From the sequence record PQ553088: 64,000 bases of DNA; one strand, 5' to 3'. Shown here piece after piece: positions 8,728 to 18,285 of the stretch. Source of the stretch: Escherichia phage OES_C-1. Within the stretch, counting starts at the first letter, position 1; each line of letters starts with the position of its first letter. Below the pieces are notes generated by a model that saw nothing but the letters and a program-made list of their open reading frames with translations, ran no database searches and was not told where the DNA came from. The translations under genes and the position numbers were made by a program.

Positions 8728-9321
8728 TTATTTCAGAGAATTAATGTATTCCTGAACATCGGCAGAGGTAGTTTCAACCCCAGAAATATTACCGTTAAAG
8801 GTTTCAACTCGAGCAAGGGTATCTTCAATATCAACCTTAGTCAGTGCTGCAATTTCAACTACATCATCAGCAGTACTAATTCCAAGGGCATTTGCTGCAC
8901 GAGTTTCACGGATATATTCCAATTTAACCGCAAGTTCTTGACGAGCATCATCTAACTCAACTACTTTCTTGGCGATTTCAATTCGCATTTCAGCATAACC
9001 GTCAGCCTTAGTAGTCAACTGCTCAGCTGTTCGACGATATAGTAAACCGAGTTTAGCATGCATTGTTACATCTTGGCCTTCGGAAAGAAGTTTACGAATT
9101 TCACGCTCTTTTGATTCGGCCTGTCGATTCTTTTCGATAACAAGTTCACGAATACGTTTTTCTTCATTAATAGATTTAACAGAAGCAGTTTTTAGATCTT
9201 TAATTTTATCAAGTAGTTTTGCTGCTGCAGCAGTATACTGTTCTTCAACAGATAGATTTTTAGCCATAGCAGAACCAAGTTTAGTGCGAATAAACTCAAC
9301 AATTTTCTTCAGTGTGTTCAT
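8728..9321 (-). CDS. coiled-coil protein, function unknown (weak PspA/IM30-like pattern)
   Basis: 197 aa, charged heptad-like sequence; homology not verified. Confidence 0.55.
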   Translation of the reverse strand: MNTLKKIVEFIRTKLGSAMAKNLSVEEQYTAAAAKLLDKIKDLKTASVKSINEEKRIRELVIEKNRQAESKEREIRKLLSEGQDVTMHAKLGLLYRRTAEQLTTKADGYAEMRIEIAKKVVELDDARQELAVKLEYIRETRAANALGISTADDVVEIAALTKVDIEDTLARVETFNGNISGVETTSADVQEYINSLK

Positions 9322-9387
9322 AGTATTTCCTTAGGTTAATTGAGATTTAAAATCCGTAGGAGTATAATACTCTATCGTCAAATTATA

Positions 9388-9422
9388 GGCTCATAATATC
9401 TCAATCATGAGCCTGCGTAAAC
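9388..9422 (-). promoter_or_regulatory. putative early promoter with embedded stem-loop
   Basis: Minus sense GTTTAC-N18-TATTAT; inverted repeat GGCTCAT...ATGAGCC overlaps the -10 region. Confidence 0.4.
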
Positions 9423-9686
9423 TTATTTCATATTATTGAAATATTCTTCTGCGATTTCGTCGTTATCATGGTAAACTTTAGAAGACAGTTTAACATAACC
9501 TTCTGCTGTGAACATATTAATCACAACTTTTACAGTATACCACTGACCGTCTTCATTACCCATTACTGCGTAAGTTTCAAACATCGGATGATCAGGACCG
9601 ATAACTTTAATATCATTCACTGTACGACCGAAATCTTCTGAAACGCATTTCATAAAGAAGTTGAACAGTTCGCCGTAATTATCCAT
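9423..9686 (-). CDS. hypothetical protein, 87 aa
   Basis: Track start 9806 is TTG; first ATG at 9686 is preceded by GGAGAA. Confidence 0.5.
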   Translation of the reverse strand: MDNYGELFNFFMKCVSEDFGRTVNDIKVIGPDHPMFETYAVMGNEDGQWYTVKVVINMFTAEGYVKLSSKVYHDNDEIAEEYFNNMK

Positions 9687-9724
9687 TTCATTCTCCAAGT
9701 TGTTTTCTGTATCAGTAGTTGATA

Positions 9725-9760
9725 GTTGTATAGTACCATGGAAGAACAGAGATGTAAACA
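9725..9760 (-). promoter_or_regulatory. putative early promoter
   Basis: Minus sense GTTTAC-N18-TACTAT upstream of the 9686 start. Confidence 0.4.
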
Positions 9761-9880
9761 GTTTTGTGAAAAAATTTTTAGGGAATTCTAGGGCAGGGAT
9801 GGGCAATTAAAGGATAGGATAATATATTATAAAGGGTATAAACTAAATGATGCCTAGAGAGGTCCAGAAAGGCCTAGATA

Positions 9881-9907
9881 CCAAAAAGCCCTATCATTTA
9901 GATAGGG
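9881..9907 (-). terminator. rho-independent terminator after the ipIII-like gene
   Basis: Minus sense CCCTATCTAAATGATAGGG followed by CTTTTT. Confidence 0.6.
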
Positions 9908-9915
9908 ATTTAAAA

Positions 9916-10479
9916 TTATTTACCTAGTTTACTTATTATAGCTTCTGCAGCAGCTTTTAGCTTAGATGCAGTGTTAATACGATTTTTAATTTCAGTATAC
10001 GCATCGCCAAGAACATCAAGGCTATCAGAATAAACACTTACACTATTGCGTTCGCTATTTGAAATAGAACCTTTAGTTTTGCGGTCAAAATCGGTGTACA
10101 CGTCTTGAAGATCGCGGGCTGCCTTCTTTGCATCATCCAATGCATCAAGAGCTTTATTCAAAGCATTAACGTATTTTTTAGTGTCGAACATATTCTTAGA
10201 AATTTTAACAGGTGCGCGTTCAGGAGTAGCTAACACAGATTTAGGAACCTGAGCGCCAGATGCCAATTTCTTAGAAATTTTGAAAAATGCTTTATTGAAT
10301 TTATTTTCTTGACTCATTGTAAAAGAACTATTATCGATGTTGTACATTTCAATAGCTTTAGCTTTCCACTTAAGAAAATCGCCGCGGTCTTTTGGGTCCA
10401 ATTGGAAGAATACTTTAGTAAGATCTGCTTCAGATGGTAATTTTGCTGCTTCGGTTAAAAATTCGGCATAGGTTTTCAT
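9916..10479 (-). CDS. internal protein (ipIII-like) with capsid-targeting leader
   Basis: 187 aa starting MKTYAEFLTEAAKL (IP-family leader). Confidence 0.65.
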   Translation of the reverse strand: MKTYAEFLTEAAKLPSEADLTKVFFQLDPKDRGDFLKWKAKAIEMYNIDNSSFTMSQENKFNKAFFKISKKLASGAQVPKSVLATPERAPVKISKNMFDTKKYVNALNKALDALDDAKKAARDLQDVYTDFDRKTKGSISNSERNSVSVYSDSLDVLGDAYTEIKNRINTASKLKAAAEAIISKLGK

Positions 10480-10570
10480 TTAAAATCCTTGAAATAATTT
10501 ATCGGTTGGTTATTAATTATTTATTACTTTGTTACTATCCGTAACAGCGTTATCCGAGTGATTCAAACTA

Positions 10571-10600
10571 AAAAGCCCCAACCTTTCGGTCGGGGCTAAG
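10571..10600 (-). terminator. rho-independent terminator (copy 1 of a 30-nt repeat)
   Basis: Minus sense AGCCCCGACCGAAAGGTTGGGGCT plus TTTTT; exact copy at 11128-11157. Confidence 0.65.
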
Positions 10601-10604
10601 AATG

Positions 10605-11078
10605 TCATTTGATTTGTTTAGCAGACCAAATGCGGTCTTTAATAATTTTTTGGATGTCTTCAACATACTCAAGAGAGTGAACATGTGGATTATCTTTGAA
10701 ACTATAAGCACGGGCTAACTTTTGGCCTTCGGTTTTGATTACTAAAAGCTCTTTAAGGATAGCTTCATATTTAGCGATAATTCCTTTAACGATATTTTTT
10801 TCTTGTGCCGCTTTAGGATCTGCTTTAGGAGCAGGTTTACCCGAAGCCTTTGCAAAAGCAGCGCCAGTAGCAACTAAACTTTTCCAGGCCATACTAACTG
10901 CATTTCCCGTAAATCCTTCCGCTTTCATGTCGCGTGCAAACTGGAATCGCGATTCATCAGAAGCATCTTTATAGGAATATTTACCCGCGGCAATGGCAGC
11001 TTTTGCAACAGCTTGAATTTCGGTGCTAGATGCTTCATTTAACACCGCTTCATTTAAAAATTGAGTATATGATTTCAT
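10605..11078 (-). CDS. internal-protein-family protein with capsid-targeting leader
   Basis: 157 aa from ATG at 11078 (MKSYTQFLNEA...), preceded by AGGAAAT; late promoter TATAAATA just upstream; track N-terminal extension rejected. Confidence 0.6.
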   Translation of the reverse strand: MKSYTQFLNEAVLNEASSTEIQAVAKAAIAAGKYSYKDASDESRFQFARDMKAEGFTGNAVSMAWKSLVATGAAFAKASGKPAPKADPKAAQEKNIVKGIIAKYEAILKELLVIKTEGQKLARAYSFKDNPHVHSLEYVEDIQKIIKDRIWSAKQIK

Positions 11079-11116
11079 CTTATTTCCTGTTTTAATTTGT
11101 AGATTTAATATACTAA

Positions 11117-11124
11117 TATTTATA
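11117..11124 (-). promoter_or_regulatory. late promoter (TATAAATA) for the IP-family gene
   Basis: Plus-strand tatttata about 40 nt upstream of ATG 11078. Confidence 0.5.
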
Positions 11125-11127
11125 CCA

Positions 11128-11157
11128 AAAAGCCCCAACCTTTCGGTCGGGGCTAAG
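11128..11157 (-). terminator. rho-independent terminator (copy 2 of the 30-nt repeat)
   Basis: Identical to 10571-10600. Confidence 0.65.
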
Positions 11158-11465
11158 CCTTGCGGCAACCTTGTCGGGGTTCCACCTGCTAAGGCAAGTG
11201 TTTGTACGAAACGCCGGGATTCGAACCCGGTTATTAAGTAGTTGACGCTACTCAATATTTTTAAAAGGCCATATCTCGACCATATCCGAACGTTCCGTCA
11301 AAAACGCTACTCGGCTTACGGCAAAGATATTTCCTCGAATCGATAATTCGGTGCGCCGTTTCTGCTGTGATGTAAGAGGGCATCAACAAATCATAAAGAT
11401 TTATTAACACGATTCCTTACCCAGGGAACATCAGTCCGACGACTTACCGGTAGCGACCCGGTTTC
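11158..11465 (-). ncRNA. candidate tRNA-like stable RNA(s), possibly equivalent to T4 species 1/2 RNAs (rnaC/rnaD)
   Basis: About 300 nt with no ORF in an otherwise gene-dense region; minus-sense T-arm-like CCGGGTTCGAATCCCGG with flanking CGGAACG/CGTTTCG acceptor-like pairing; ends at a strong terminator. Confidence 0.3.
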
Positions 11466-11816
11466 TTAATATTCTTTTAAAGAATCAATATATTCACGAC
11501 GTTTACGCCATAAATCAATTGCTTCATACGCAGATTCAGCATTTCGAATTGGACGGCATTTATATAAAGACTTATGATTTTGATATTGTGTAGATAACGG
11601 AATTGTATCTAAAAGGTCTTTACGATCAAAATATTCGTAACCATCTAAACCAAATGAACGATTTTTGAGAAATTGCCAATGACCATATTCGTTTTCGACA
11701 TAAACATAATCTGCATGCTGATAAAGCAAATTAATTAAGCGTTCAGAAATAACAGTGTCATTGTGATTAAAATAGAATGTTAAATCATGAACTACTAAAT
11801 AAACATTACCTTTCAT
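11466..11816 (-). CDS. hypothetical protein, 116 aa
   Basis: ATG at 11814-11816, directly downstream of tRNA-Arg. Confidence 0.55.
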   Translation of the reverse strand: MKGNVYLVVHDLTFYFNHNDTVISERLINLLYQHADYVYVENEYGHWQFLKNRSFGLDGYEYFDRKDLLDTIPLSTQYQNHKSLYKCRPIRNAESAYEAIDLWRKRREYIDSLKEY

Positions 11817-11833
11817 ATTTTCCTCACTTAATT

Positions 11834-11909
11834 GGTCGAGGCAGTAGGGATCGAACCTACGACCTAGGACTTAGAAGGTCCTTGCTCTTCCTTCTGAGCT
11901 ATGCCCCGT
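11834..11909 (-). tRNA. tRNA-Arg (anticodon UCU)
   Basis: 76-nt cloverleaf read by hand: acceptor CGGGGCA/TGCCTCG, anticodon loop CTTCTAA, T-arm GTAGG-TTCGATC-CCTAC, encoded CCA. Confidence 0.85.
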
Positions 11910-11911
11910 AA

Positions 11912-12577
11912 TTAAAATTTCATTTTTCGACCTTTAAACCATCCTTCTGGAATTGGGTCAGTTTTCTTAATACGTTTAGAAACTTTTTCATCTAATGAAT
12001 GAATCCACATCATACCAAATTGGGAATTCTTTTCTCCTTTCTGATGATTATTTTTAGCGTGAATTTCTTTCATTTTATTAATAGTTTCAGGAGTATGATG
12101 CTTATTTAAAAATCTGCTATTATTTAAAAATTTTTCCTTGTATTCAGGAGTTGACCACAAACGTTTAAATACATTTGAACCAATTTTACGATATTTTTCT
12201 TGAAGTAAAATATCATTTTCAAAACGTGATTTAAACGATTTAGCTCCTTTTAAACTAGCATCTTTCTTCTGGTTTAGCATCCCAGGAATATTTATATGGT
12301 CCCATCCACCTTCACCACCAAGTTTTAAATTATACACATCTGGTCTATTTAAAAACTCTTCTGTGACAATATTTTTCTCAGCTTCAAGCATAGATTCTTT
12401 ATCATCAAAATACTCTAATATTTCTTTAGAAAAATTTTCTATACCATACTTGTCTTGGGCTCTTTTTAATAATTTACCAGAACCCATATATCCATCATCT
12501 AAATTTTCGGTAGAATGCACACCAATATAAATTTTATTATTAATTTTATTTGTTATTTTATAAAGATAAAAATGCAT
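11912..12577 (-). CDS. segB: GIY-YIG homing endonuclease (SegB-like)
   Basis: 221 aa from ATG at 12577; YLYKITNKINNKIYIGVHST...GYMGSG GIY-YIG motifs; sits inside the tRNA cluster as SegB does in T4; track extension to 12619 would overlap a tRNA. Confidence 0.75.
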   Translation of the reverse strand: MHFYLYKITNKINNKIYIGVHSTENLDDGYMGSGKLLKRAQDKYGIENFSKEILEYFDDKESMLEAEKNIVTEEFLNRPDVYNLKLGGEGGWDHINIPGMLNQKKDASLKGAKSFKSRFENDILLQEKYRKIGSNVFKRLWSTPEYKEKFLNNSRFLNKHHTPETINKMKEIHAKNNHQKGEKNSQFGMMWIHSLDEKVSKRIKKTDPIPEGWFKGRKMKF

Positions 12578-12623
12578 ATCAGTCCCTAATAAAGAACTGA
12601 GCGTCTCACGACGAGTCATAAAT

Positions 12624-12697
<74 letters not shown>

Positions 12698-12703
12698 AAA
12701 TTT

Positions 12704-12789
12704 GGTGCGAGAAGTGGGACTCGAACCCACAAGGAAATCATTCCGCAGCATTTTAAGTGCTGTGCCTTTACCAATTTGACCATTCTCGC
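12704..12789 (-). tRNA. tRNA-Leu (anticodon UAA), class II with long variable arm
   Basis: Acceptor GCGAGAA/TTCTCGC, anticodon loop CTTAAAA, variable arm GGAATGATTTCC, T-arm GTGGG-TTCGAGT-CCCAC, encoded CCA. Confidence 0.85.
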
Positions 12790-12790
12790 G

Positions 12791-12863
12791 CTGGGAATAA
12801 AGGACTCGAACCTTTGCATCCTGGAATCAAAATCCAGTGCCTTACCAACTTGGCTAATTCCCA
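12791..12863 (-). tRNA. tRNA-Gln (anticodon UUG)
   Basis: Acceptor TGGGAAT/ATTCCCA, anticodon loop TTTTGAT, T-arm AAAGG-TTCGAGT-CCTTT; CCA not encoded. Confidence 0.8.
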
Positions 12864-12960
12864 ATTATTAACAAAGGCTCTCAAGCAAGAACCCTTGATG
12901 ATAGAGGGTATTAATCAGTGCGATATGAGTTAATAATAACAAATAATTCTTAAAGCATAT

Positions 12961-13248
12961 TTACCATTTATGATAATACATATTTACGATGCATTCAAGA
13001 CCCAAAGGATTCTTGAAAATATCATATTCAAGAGGACCTTTTTCCGTTTCAATAAAGAAATCAAAATTTACTGTATTAAATTTACGGTCTTCCTTCACTA
13101 ATTTAACTTGAGAAGATGAACGATCAATGTAAACCTTTTCAACTTCAAAACATGTTAAAATGCCATAATCATCAATCAAGGCTTTAGCTGCTTCTTGATC
13201 ATATTTATATCCATTTTCAATGGATGATACTTTCGCATAAAGAATCAT
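12961..13248 (-). CDS. hypothetical protein, 95 aa
   Basis: ATG at 13246-13248. Confidence 0.5.
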   Translation of the reverse strand: MILYAKVSSIENGYKYDQEAAKALIDDYGILTCFEVEKVYIDRSSSQVKLVKEDRKFNTVNFDFFIETEKGPLEYDIFKNPLGLECIVNMYYHKW

Positions 13249-13250
13249 TA

Positions 13251-13652
13251 TTAACCTTTATCAACAATAGTATGTGTATGGGCATTTACGATTTGCCACC
13301 AGTCAAAACTATCGCCAAATCGTTTTGATTTATTGTCTTCAATAATTTGGCGTAATTCATCTTCTGTTTCAGCATACGCAATCAAATCATCATATCCACC
13401 GCAAGGATAGTAATTATCGCCTGCGAACAAAAGAAAATTTACTTTAGATGGGTCTACATAATAATGCTCTTTAGGATATTTAGTTCCTTTCCAATCAGTT
13501 ACTTCAACATAACGATAAGAAAATCCATTTTTACTTTCAACCCAACTCCACGCTTCAAAAGGAGTATTAAAAACTCTATCAGGTATTAAATTACCTTCAA
13601 AATGAGAAGGATTTGCATAATCCCCAGCATATACATAATATTCAACGTTCAT
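13251..13652 (-). CDS. hypothetical protein, 133 aa
   Basis: ATG at 13650-13652. Confidence 0.55.
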   Translation of the reverse strand: MNVEYYVYAGDYANPSHFEGNLIPDRVFNTPFEAWSWVESKNGFSYRYVEVTDWKGTKYPKEHYYVDPSKVNFLLFAGDNYYPCGGYDDLIAYAETEDELRQIIEDNKSKRFGDSFDWWQIVNAHTHTIVDKG

Positions 13653-13837
13653 TATTCACCTTTAGAAATTTTATCCATAACAATAGCAATTAAACCAATT
13701 AAAAATGCTACTACAAGTGAAAACACATTTTCTGCTGTAGTCAATAATCCACATATAAATCCAACAAACATTGAAAAACTAAAAGCGGAAGCAGAAATTG
13801 CAATAGCAACATTTCGAATTAATTCACAACGTTTCAT
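13652..13837 (-). CDS. small hydrophobic membrane protein, 61 aa
   Basis: ATG at 13835-13837 preceded by GAGGAGAA; two hydrophobic segments. Confidence 0.5.
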   Translation of the reverse strand: MKRCELIRNVAIAISASAFSFSMFVGFICGLLTTAENVFSLVVAFLIGLIAIVMDKISKGE

Positions 13838-13856
13838 TTTATTCTCCTCAGTAGTA

Positions 13857-13896
13857 GATAGGGTAATAGTATCACTACCCTATCTAAAAGTAAACT
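13857..13896 (-). promoter_or_regulatory. putative early promoter with stem-loop (shares a 19-nt repeat with 14155-14173)
   Basis: Minus sense GTTTAC-N18-TACTAT; palindrome GATAGGGTA...TACCCTATC. Confidence 0.4.
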
Positions 13897-14129
13897 TATT
13901 TTTTACGAAAAATTGATTTATTTTCTGCTGCCCATTTTTCAATAACTGCAGCAGGACCAGTAACAACAATTTTATCACCGTAATCTTCTGCGGCGAGTTG
14001 ACCGAAATTATCTAATGCATCACGAAGAACTCCATGAGGCATTTCACCCATTTTATCTTTCTTGCCAGTGTAAATAAACTCAACTTTTACATCAGCAGTT
14101 TCAGCAATAAATTCTTGGTAAGTTTTCAT
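13896..14129 (-). CDS. ipI: internal protein I-like
   Basis: 77 aa from ATG at 14129 (MKTYQEFIAE..., IP-family leader); flanked on both sides by the repeat gatagggtaatagtatcac. Confidence 0.65.
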   Translation of the reverse strand: MKTYQEFIAETADVKVEFIYTGKKDKMGEMPHGVLRDALDNFGQLAAEDYGDKIVVTGPAAVIEKWAAENKSIFRKK

Positions 14130-14154
14130 TTTGATTTCCATTTGGTTTTGTTTT

Positions 14155-14193
14155 GATAGGGTAATAGTATCACAACTAAAACCCTATGTAAAC
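14155..14193 (-). promoter_or_regulatory. putative early promoter for the ipI-like gene, containing the 19-nt repeat
   Basis: Minus sense GTTTAC-N18-TACTAT; repeat gatagggtaatagtatcac at 14155-14173. Confidence 0.4.
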
Positions 14194-14205
14194 AACTTTG
14201 TGAAA

Positions 14206-14890
<685 letters not shown>

Positions 14891-14891
<1 letters not shown>

Positions 14892-15616
14892 TATAGTACC
14901 TTTAGTGTATTTTTAATTTTAGAAAAAAGTTCTTCAAGAGAACCATCGTTTGTAATTACTAAATCGCCATCACGAATTGGCAATCCAGCTTCTGTAATAT
15001 GTGTATCATTGGATTTTTGACCAGGACGAACTACATGAATTACTGTAGCACCCATCGCCCTAGCCGCATCCATTTCATGATCTTGACGGGTATCAGGAAC
15101 GATATAATAATCATAACCTGAGTTAAATTTATCAAGATAATCTAAAGCAAATAATTTTACCCAGTACATGCGGTCGAAGTTATTAACAATCAAATCCGTA
15201 CCTAGGGCTTGCATCAGACGACGGACTGACCATTGATCTTCAATATTATTTATAACGTCAGTAATTTTGTTAAATGCTACGAAAGTAACTGATTCCTTTC
15301 CCTCGTCATCAAAAACAAACACACCTTTAATTGGGCTTTTACCATTAAGATAGCAAAATGCTTGTTCCATAATCATAATTACTTCTAATTTAGTCAAATT
15401 CAAATTAGTCTCACGATCATAGTCAATTCCTTCAAACTCTCTACGAGTTAAGCAAGGATAGTCAGTGTTTGCTGCAAATACACCCCATGCATAAGCCAAT
15501 GCATCTTTAATAGGACCAGCAAGTTGATATTTAACTGCAGAATAATTATTCATGATAAAATCTGCAGTAGTATCTTTTCCACTACGCTTTACACCACTTA
15601 AAAAGATTAGTTTCAT
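14891..15616 (-). CDS. 1: deoxynucleoside monophosphate kinase
   Basis: 241 aa; MKLIFLSGVKRSGKDT P-loop; same length as T4 gp1. Confidence 0.9.
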
Positions 15617-15665
15617 GTGTTTCTCCTCAAATTTAGTTAAGATTATAACACATGAAACTGAAGCA

Positions 15666-16196
15666 TTAAACTTCTGCTATAATTTTACCATCTTTTTCTA
15701 CTTGAAAATACGTATAAGGAATCGTTGCTGTACATACTAAAGCTGGGTCTGAATCTTCCGTGTAGCTAAATTCTACTTCAGACAAGTCAGAAACCCAAGG
15801 CTTATAAAAATTTATTGACATCACGATTTCAGTTTTACTATTATCTAAAATGTAAAGCGTAATGTATTCAGGACCTGTTTTTTGGGCAGTATTTTCACCT
15901 GTAAGATAGTTGCTAGTTCCTAGCATCCATTCATACATTCCTATCCACGACTTAAGCTCTTCATCAACTATAAATCTCACAATGAGTGGGTCGTACTCAA
16001 ATGTAACACCTGGACGTTGTGCTCGGCCCAGTCCAAACGGCCCAGTCACGGTATCAGTAACAGGTATTCTAATTCCTGGAATAGGAACTGATTGAGCATT
16101 TAAAGTAAAAGCAGATGTAGTATTACTATGTGGTATTGATACTACAAAGTTAGTTGTATTTGCTTGGTTAAAAATTTGTTGCAGAGCTTGTGACAT
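15666..16196 (-). CDS. 3: tail sheath stabilizer / tail completion protein gp3
   Basis: 176 aa from ATG at 16196 preceded by GAGGAA; same length as T4 gp3; track extension to 16277 rejected. Confidence 0.75.
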   Translation of the reverse strand: MSQALQQIFNQANTTNFVVSIPHSNTTSAFTLNAQSVPIPGIRIPVTDTVTGPFGLGRAQRPGVTFEYDPLIVRFIVDEELKSWIGMYEWMLGTSNYLTGENTAQKTGPEYITLYILDNSKTEIVMSINFYKPWVSDLSEVEFSYTEDSDPALVCTATIPYTYFQVEKDGKIIAEV

Positions 16197-16302
16197 ATAT
16201 TCCTCATAATGCTTTATAAATGTTGGTGGTATAATGGGTCTAAGTCCCTTCCATTCAATTCCAATTAGAACAAACAATAGAAAAGAATGGAAGATAATAG
16301 AA

Positions 16303-16962
16303 TTAATTTATTAGACTTCTTAAACGAGCAGAAGTCATAAATGGAAATTTTTCTAAAGTTGGCTTTCGCCAATATCTTGGATGACAAGTTGATTTAAAAT
16401 CAAGAACAATTTTCTTTGCTTCATCAATAGTGCTAACTCCAAAGTTATCTAACATTATTTTCTTTTCTTTTTCCCACCGTTTATTAGCTAAAGCAGATTG
16501 AAGCTTTTTGTTTTTAAATGTATCATTTTTTCTAGAATGAGTTGTGCCTTGTGTCGGACTCCATCCTCTTCCTAAAATAAATCCCTCAGGAATTATATCT
16601 CCATCATGCAATTTTATACATCTTTTACCATTATTATAATATTTTCGTCCAGTTTGTGTATTTGAAATATTATTTGCATGTTTTCTTTTTAACCAACCAT
16701 AAACTTTATTATTTCTCCTAACATATTTAGTTGAAACCGTCATTTTTATGGCCGCATAAGATAATTTTAAAGAATTTGGGTGTATTTTTACTAATAGTTG
16801 ATGTGCAACATAATGCTCTTCTGGAGTTAAATCAACCAAGTTAGAAGCATCATTACTACCGCCTAAACATTTCGGAATAATATGATGTCTTTCTTTATAT
16901 CCAGTAAGGGCTCTATTGCGAGCCCTATCAATTAGTGAATTATAAATTTTTTCATAATTCAT
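16303..16962 (-). CDS. HNH homing endonuclease
   Basis: 219 aa from ATG at 16962 (ATGA overlap with gene 2 stop); [28 protein letters not shown] motif; sits between genes 3 and 2. Confidence 0.7.
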   Translation of the reverse strand: MNYEKIYNSLIDRARNRALTGYKERHHIIPKCLGGSNDASNLVDLTPEEHYVAHQLLVKIHPNSLKLSYAAIKMTVSTKYVRRNNKVYGWLKRKHANNISNTQTGRKYYNNGKRCIKLHDGDIIPEGFILGRGWSPTQGTTHSRKNDTFKNKKLQSALANKRWEKEKKIMLDNFGVSTIDEAKKIVLDFKSTCHPRYWRKPTLEKFPFMTSARLRSLIN

Positions 16963-17786
16963 CGTACATTGCTCCAAACTTTGTTTGCAGAGAAACGTTT
17001 TCCTTTAGAGTAGAAGCTTTGGAGTGGCATCAACACAACGTTCGCCCAGTCTTTCGGGGCGATTTCAACAAGGCTACCCATAATATTACCAGGTATATAT
17101 GCCTTAATCATTTGGTCTGCACCCCTAAATCCTTTCACTTGACTCCAATCAATTTTTAATTTCGTTTTATTAGTAATAGTAGGTGTATTTGAATATTGCT
17201 TTAAAAGCTCTTCTAGAAATTGCTGACGAGCTTTAGGTGGAATATAGTGCAAGTTCAATCCATACATTAAATTGTGTTTACCTAAACCAAGGTAAATTAT
17301 CAAAGGAAATTTATCCCAGTAAGGGAGAGTTTCCTTGTGTTTAGCATCATAAGCAAAAGCATATATTCGTCCCGGCTGCGGGCGAACAACTTTATGTCCT
17401 TTTACTTGCTTAATAGTTTCAGCAAACCACTTTCTGGTTTTATTATTAATTGCTGCGCCTTCATTACGAATTTTATCGCGCAATGTTTGCCTGAATGAAT
17501 TTATCATAAGCAGTTGTCTTTCTTGCTTATTGAGTTTATTCATTGGTTTTGATTCAAGCTTTTGAATCTTTTCAGCTGTTTTAATTCCTGAAGCATATTT
17601 TGACATTGCCGAAGTAAACGTAGAGTATTTGATTCCTCTTTCTTCAGCAAATTGCTTTCCTGTCATTCCTTTTGCTTTGGCCTTTCTGTATTCAAGACCT
17701 ATCTGAATCCATTTCTTTTCGTTTAATGATTGCTTAACCTTTGGAACTTGGGGAGTGCTTTCATTAATTATTTGAAAAATAGCCAT
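16959..17786 (-). CDS. 2: DNA end-protector protein gp2
   Basis: 275 aa; position and length as T4 gp2; TAATG overlap with gene 4. Confidence 0.85.
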   Translation of the reverse strand: MAIFQIINESTPQVPKVKQSLNEKKWIQIGLEYRKAKAKGMTGKQFAEERGIKYSTFTSAMSKYASGIKTAEKIQKLESKPMNKLNKQERQLLMINSFRQTLRDKIRNEGAAINNKTRKWFAETIKQVKGHKVVRPQPGRIYAFAYDAKHKETLPYWDKFPLIIYLGLGKHNLMYGLNLHYIPPKARQQFLEELLKQYSNTPTITNKTKLKIDWSQVKGFRGADQMIKAYIPGNIMGSLVEIAPKDWANVVLMPLQSFYSKGKRFSANKVWSNVR

Positions 17787-18238
17787 TATGCCCCCTTAAA
17801 GCCAAGAGCTCGTAATCCATCTTCTGTTAGAATTCTAAATTTTATTCCACGCTTTTCAGCTAAAGATTGCGCTGCTTTCCATTTGTCAGTATTAACGGAA
17901 TATGTATAAATTTCATTCATAAATCTTTTCTTCGCTGCAGTTGTTAGATGTGCTGGTTTAACTGGTGGTTGTGTTTCTTTTTTAGGTTTTATTTCAATAA
18001 AAAATTCTTGTCCAGAAGAATCTTTCATCCAAATATCCATGAAGTATCTACGTTTTTTCCCTTCTGCATTACAAAAATAAGGAATTACTGCTGTTTCACT
18101 ACCCCATGCAATAATTTCTGGATTTTTATCTAACCATTCAAAAAAGAATTTTTCCCAATTTGATCTATACGTAATTTTTTTAGGGTCACCTCTATACTTT
18201 GATATATTTTTAGGAACCCATTTTCCAGAATATGCCAT
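17786..18238 (-). CDS. 4: head completion protein gp4
   Basis: 150 aa; position and length as T4 gp4. Confidence 0.85.
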   Translation of the reverse strand: MAYSGKWVPKNISKYRGDPKKITYRSNWEKFFFEWLDKNPEIIAWGSETAVIPYFCNAEGKKRRYFMDIWMKDSSGQEFFIEIKPKKETQPPVKPAHLTTAAKKRFMNEIYTYSVNTDKWKAAQSLAEKRGIKFRILTEDGLRALGFKGA

Positions 18239-18249
18239 TGGATTCTCCT

Positions 18250-18272
18250 TATAAATAGATAATATATTTATA
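18250..18272. promoter_or_regulatory. divergent late promoters (TATAAATA) for gene 53 (plus) and gene 4 (minus)
   Basis: tataaata at 18250-18257 (plus); tatttata at 18265-18272 (minus-strand TATAAATA). Confidence 0.55.
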
Positions 18273-18285
18273 AACAGGAGGGCCC

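Noticed and set aside
12578-12619. N-terminal extension of the SegB-like ORF
   Set aside because: Would overlap the 3' end of the tRNA-Gly-like gene; the GIY-YIG domain begins right after the ATG at 12577
13602-13916. Plus-strand 104-aa ORF
   Set aside because: Spans two minus-strand genes and the promoter/repeat region; antisense shadow ORF
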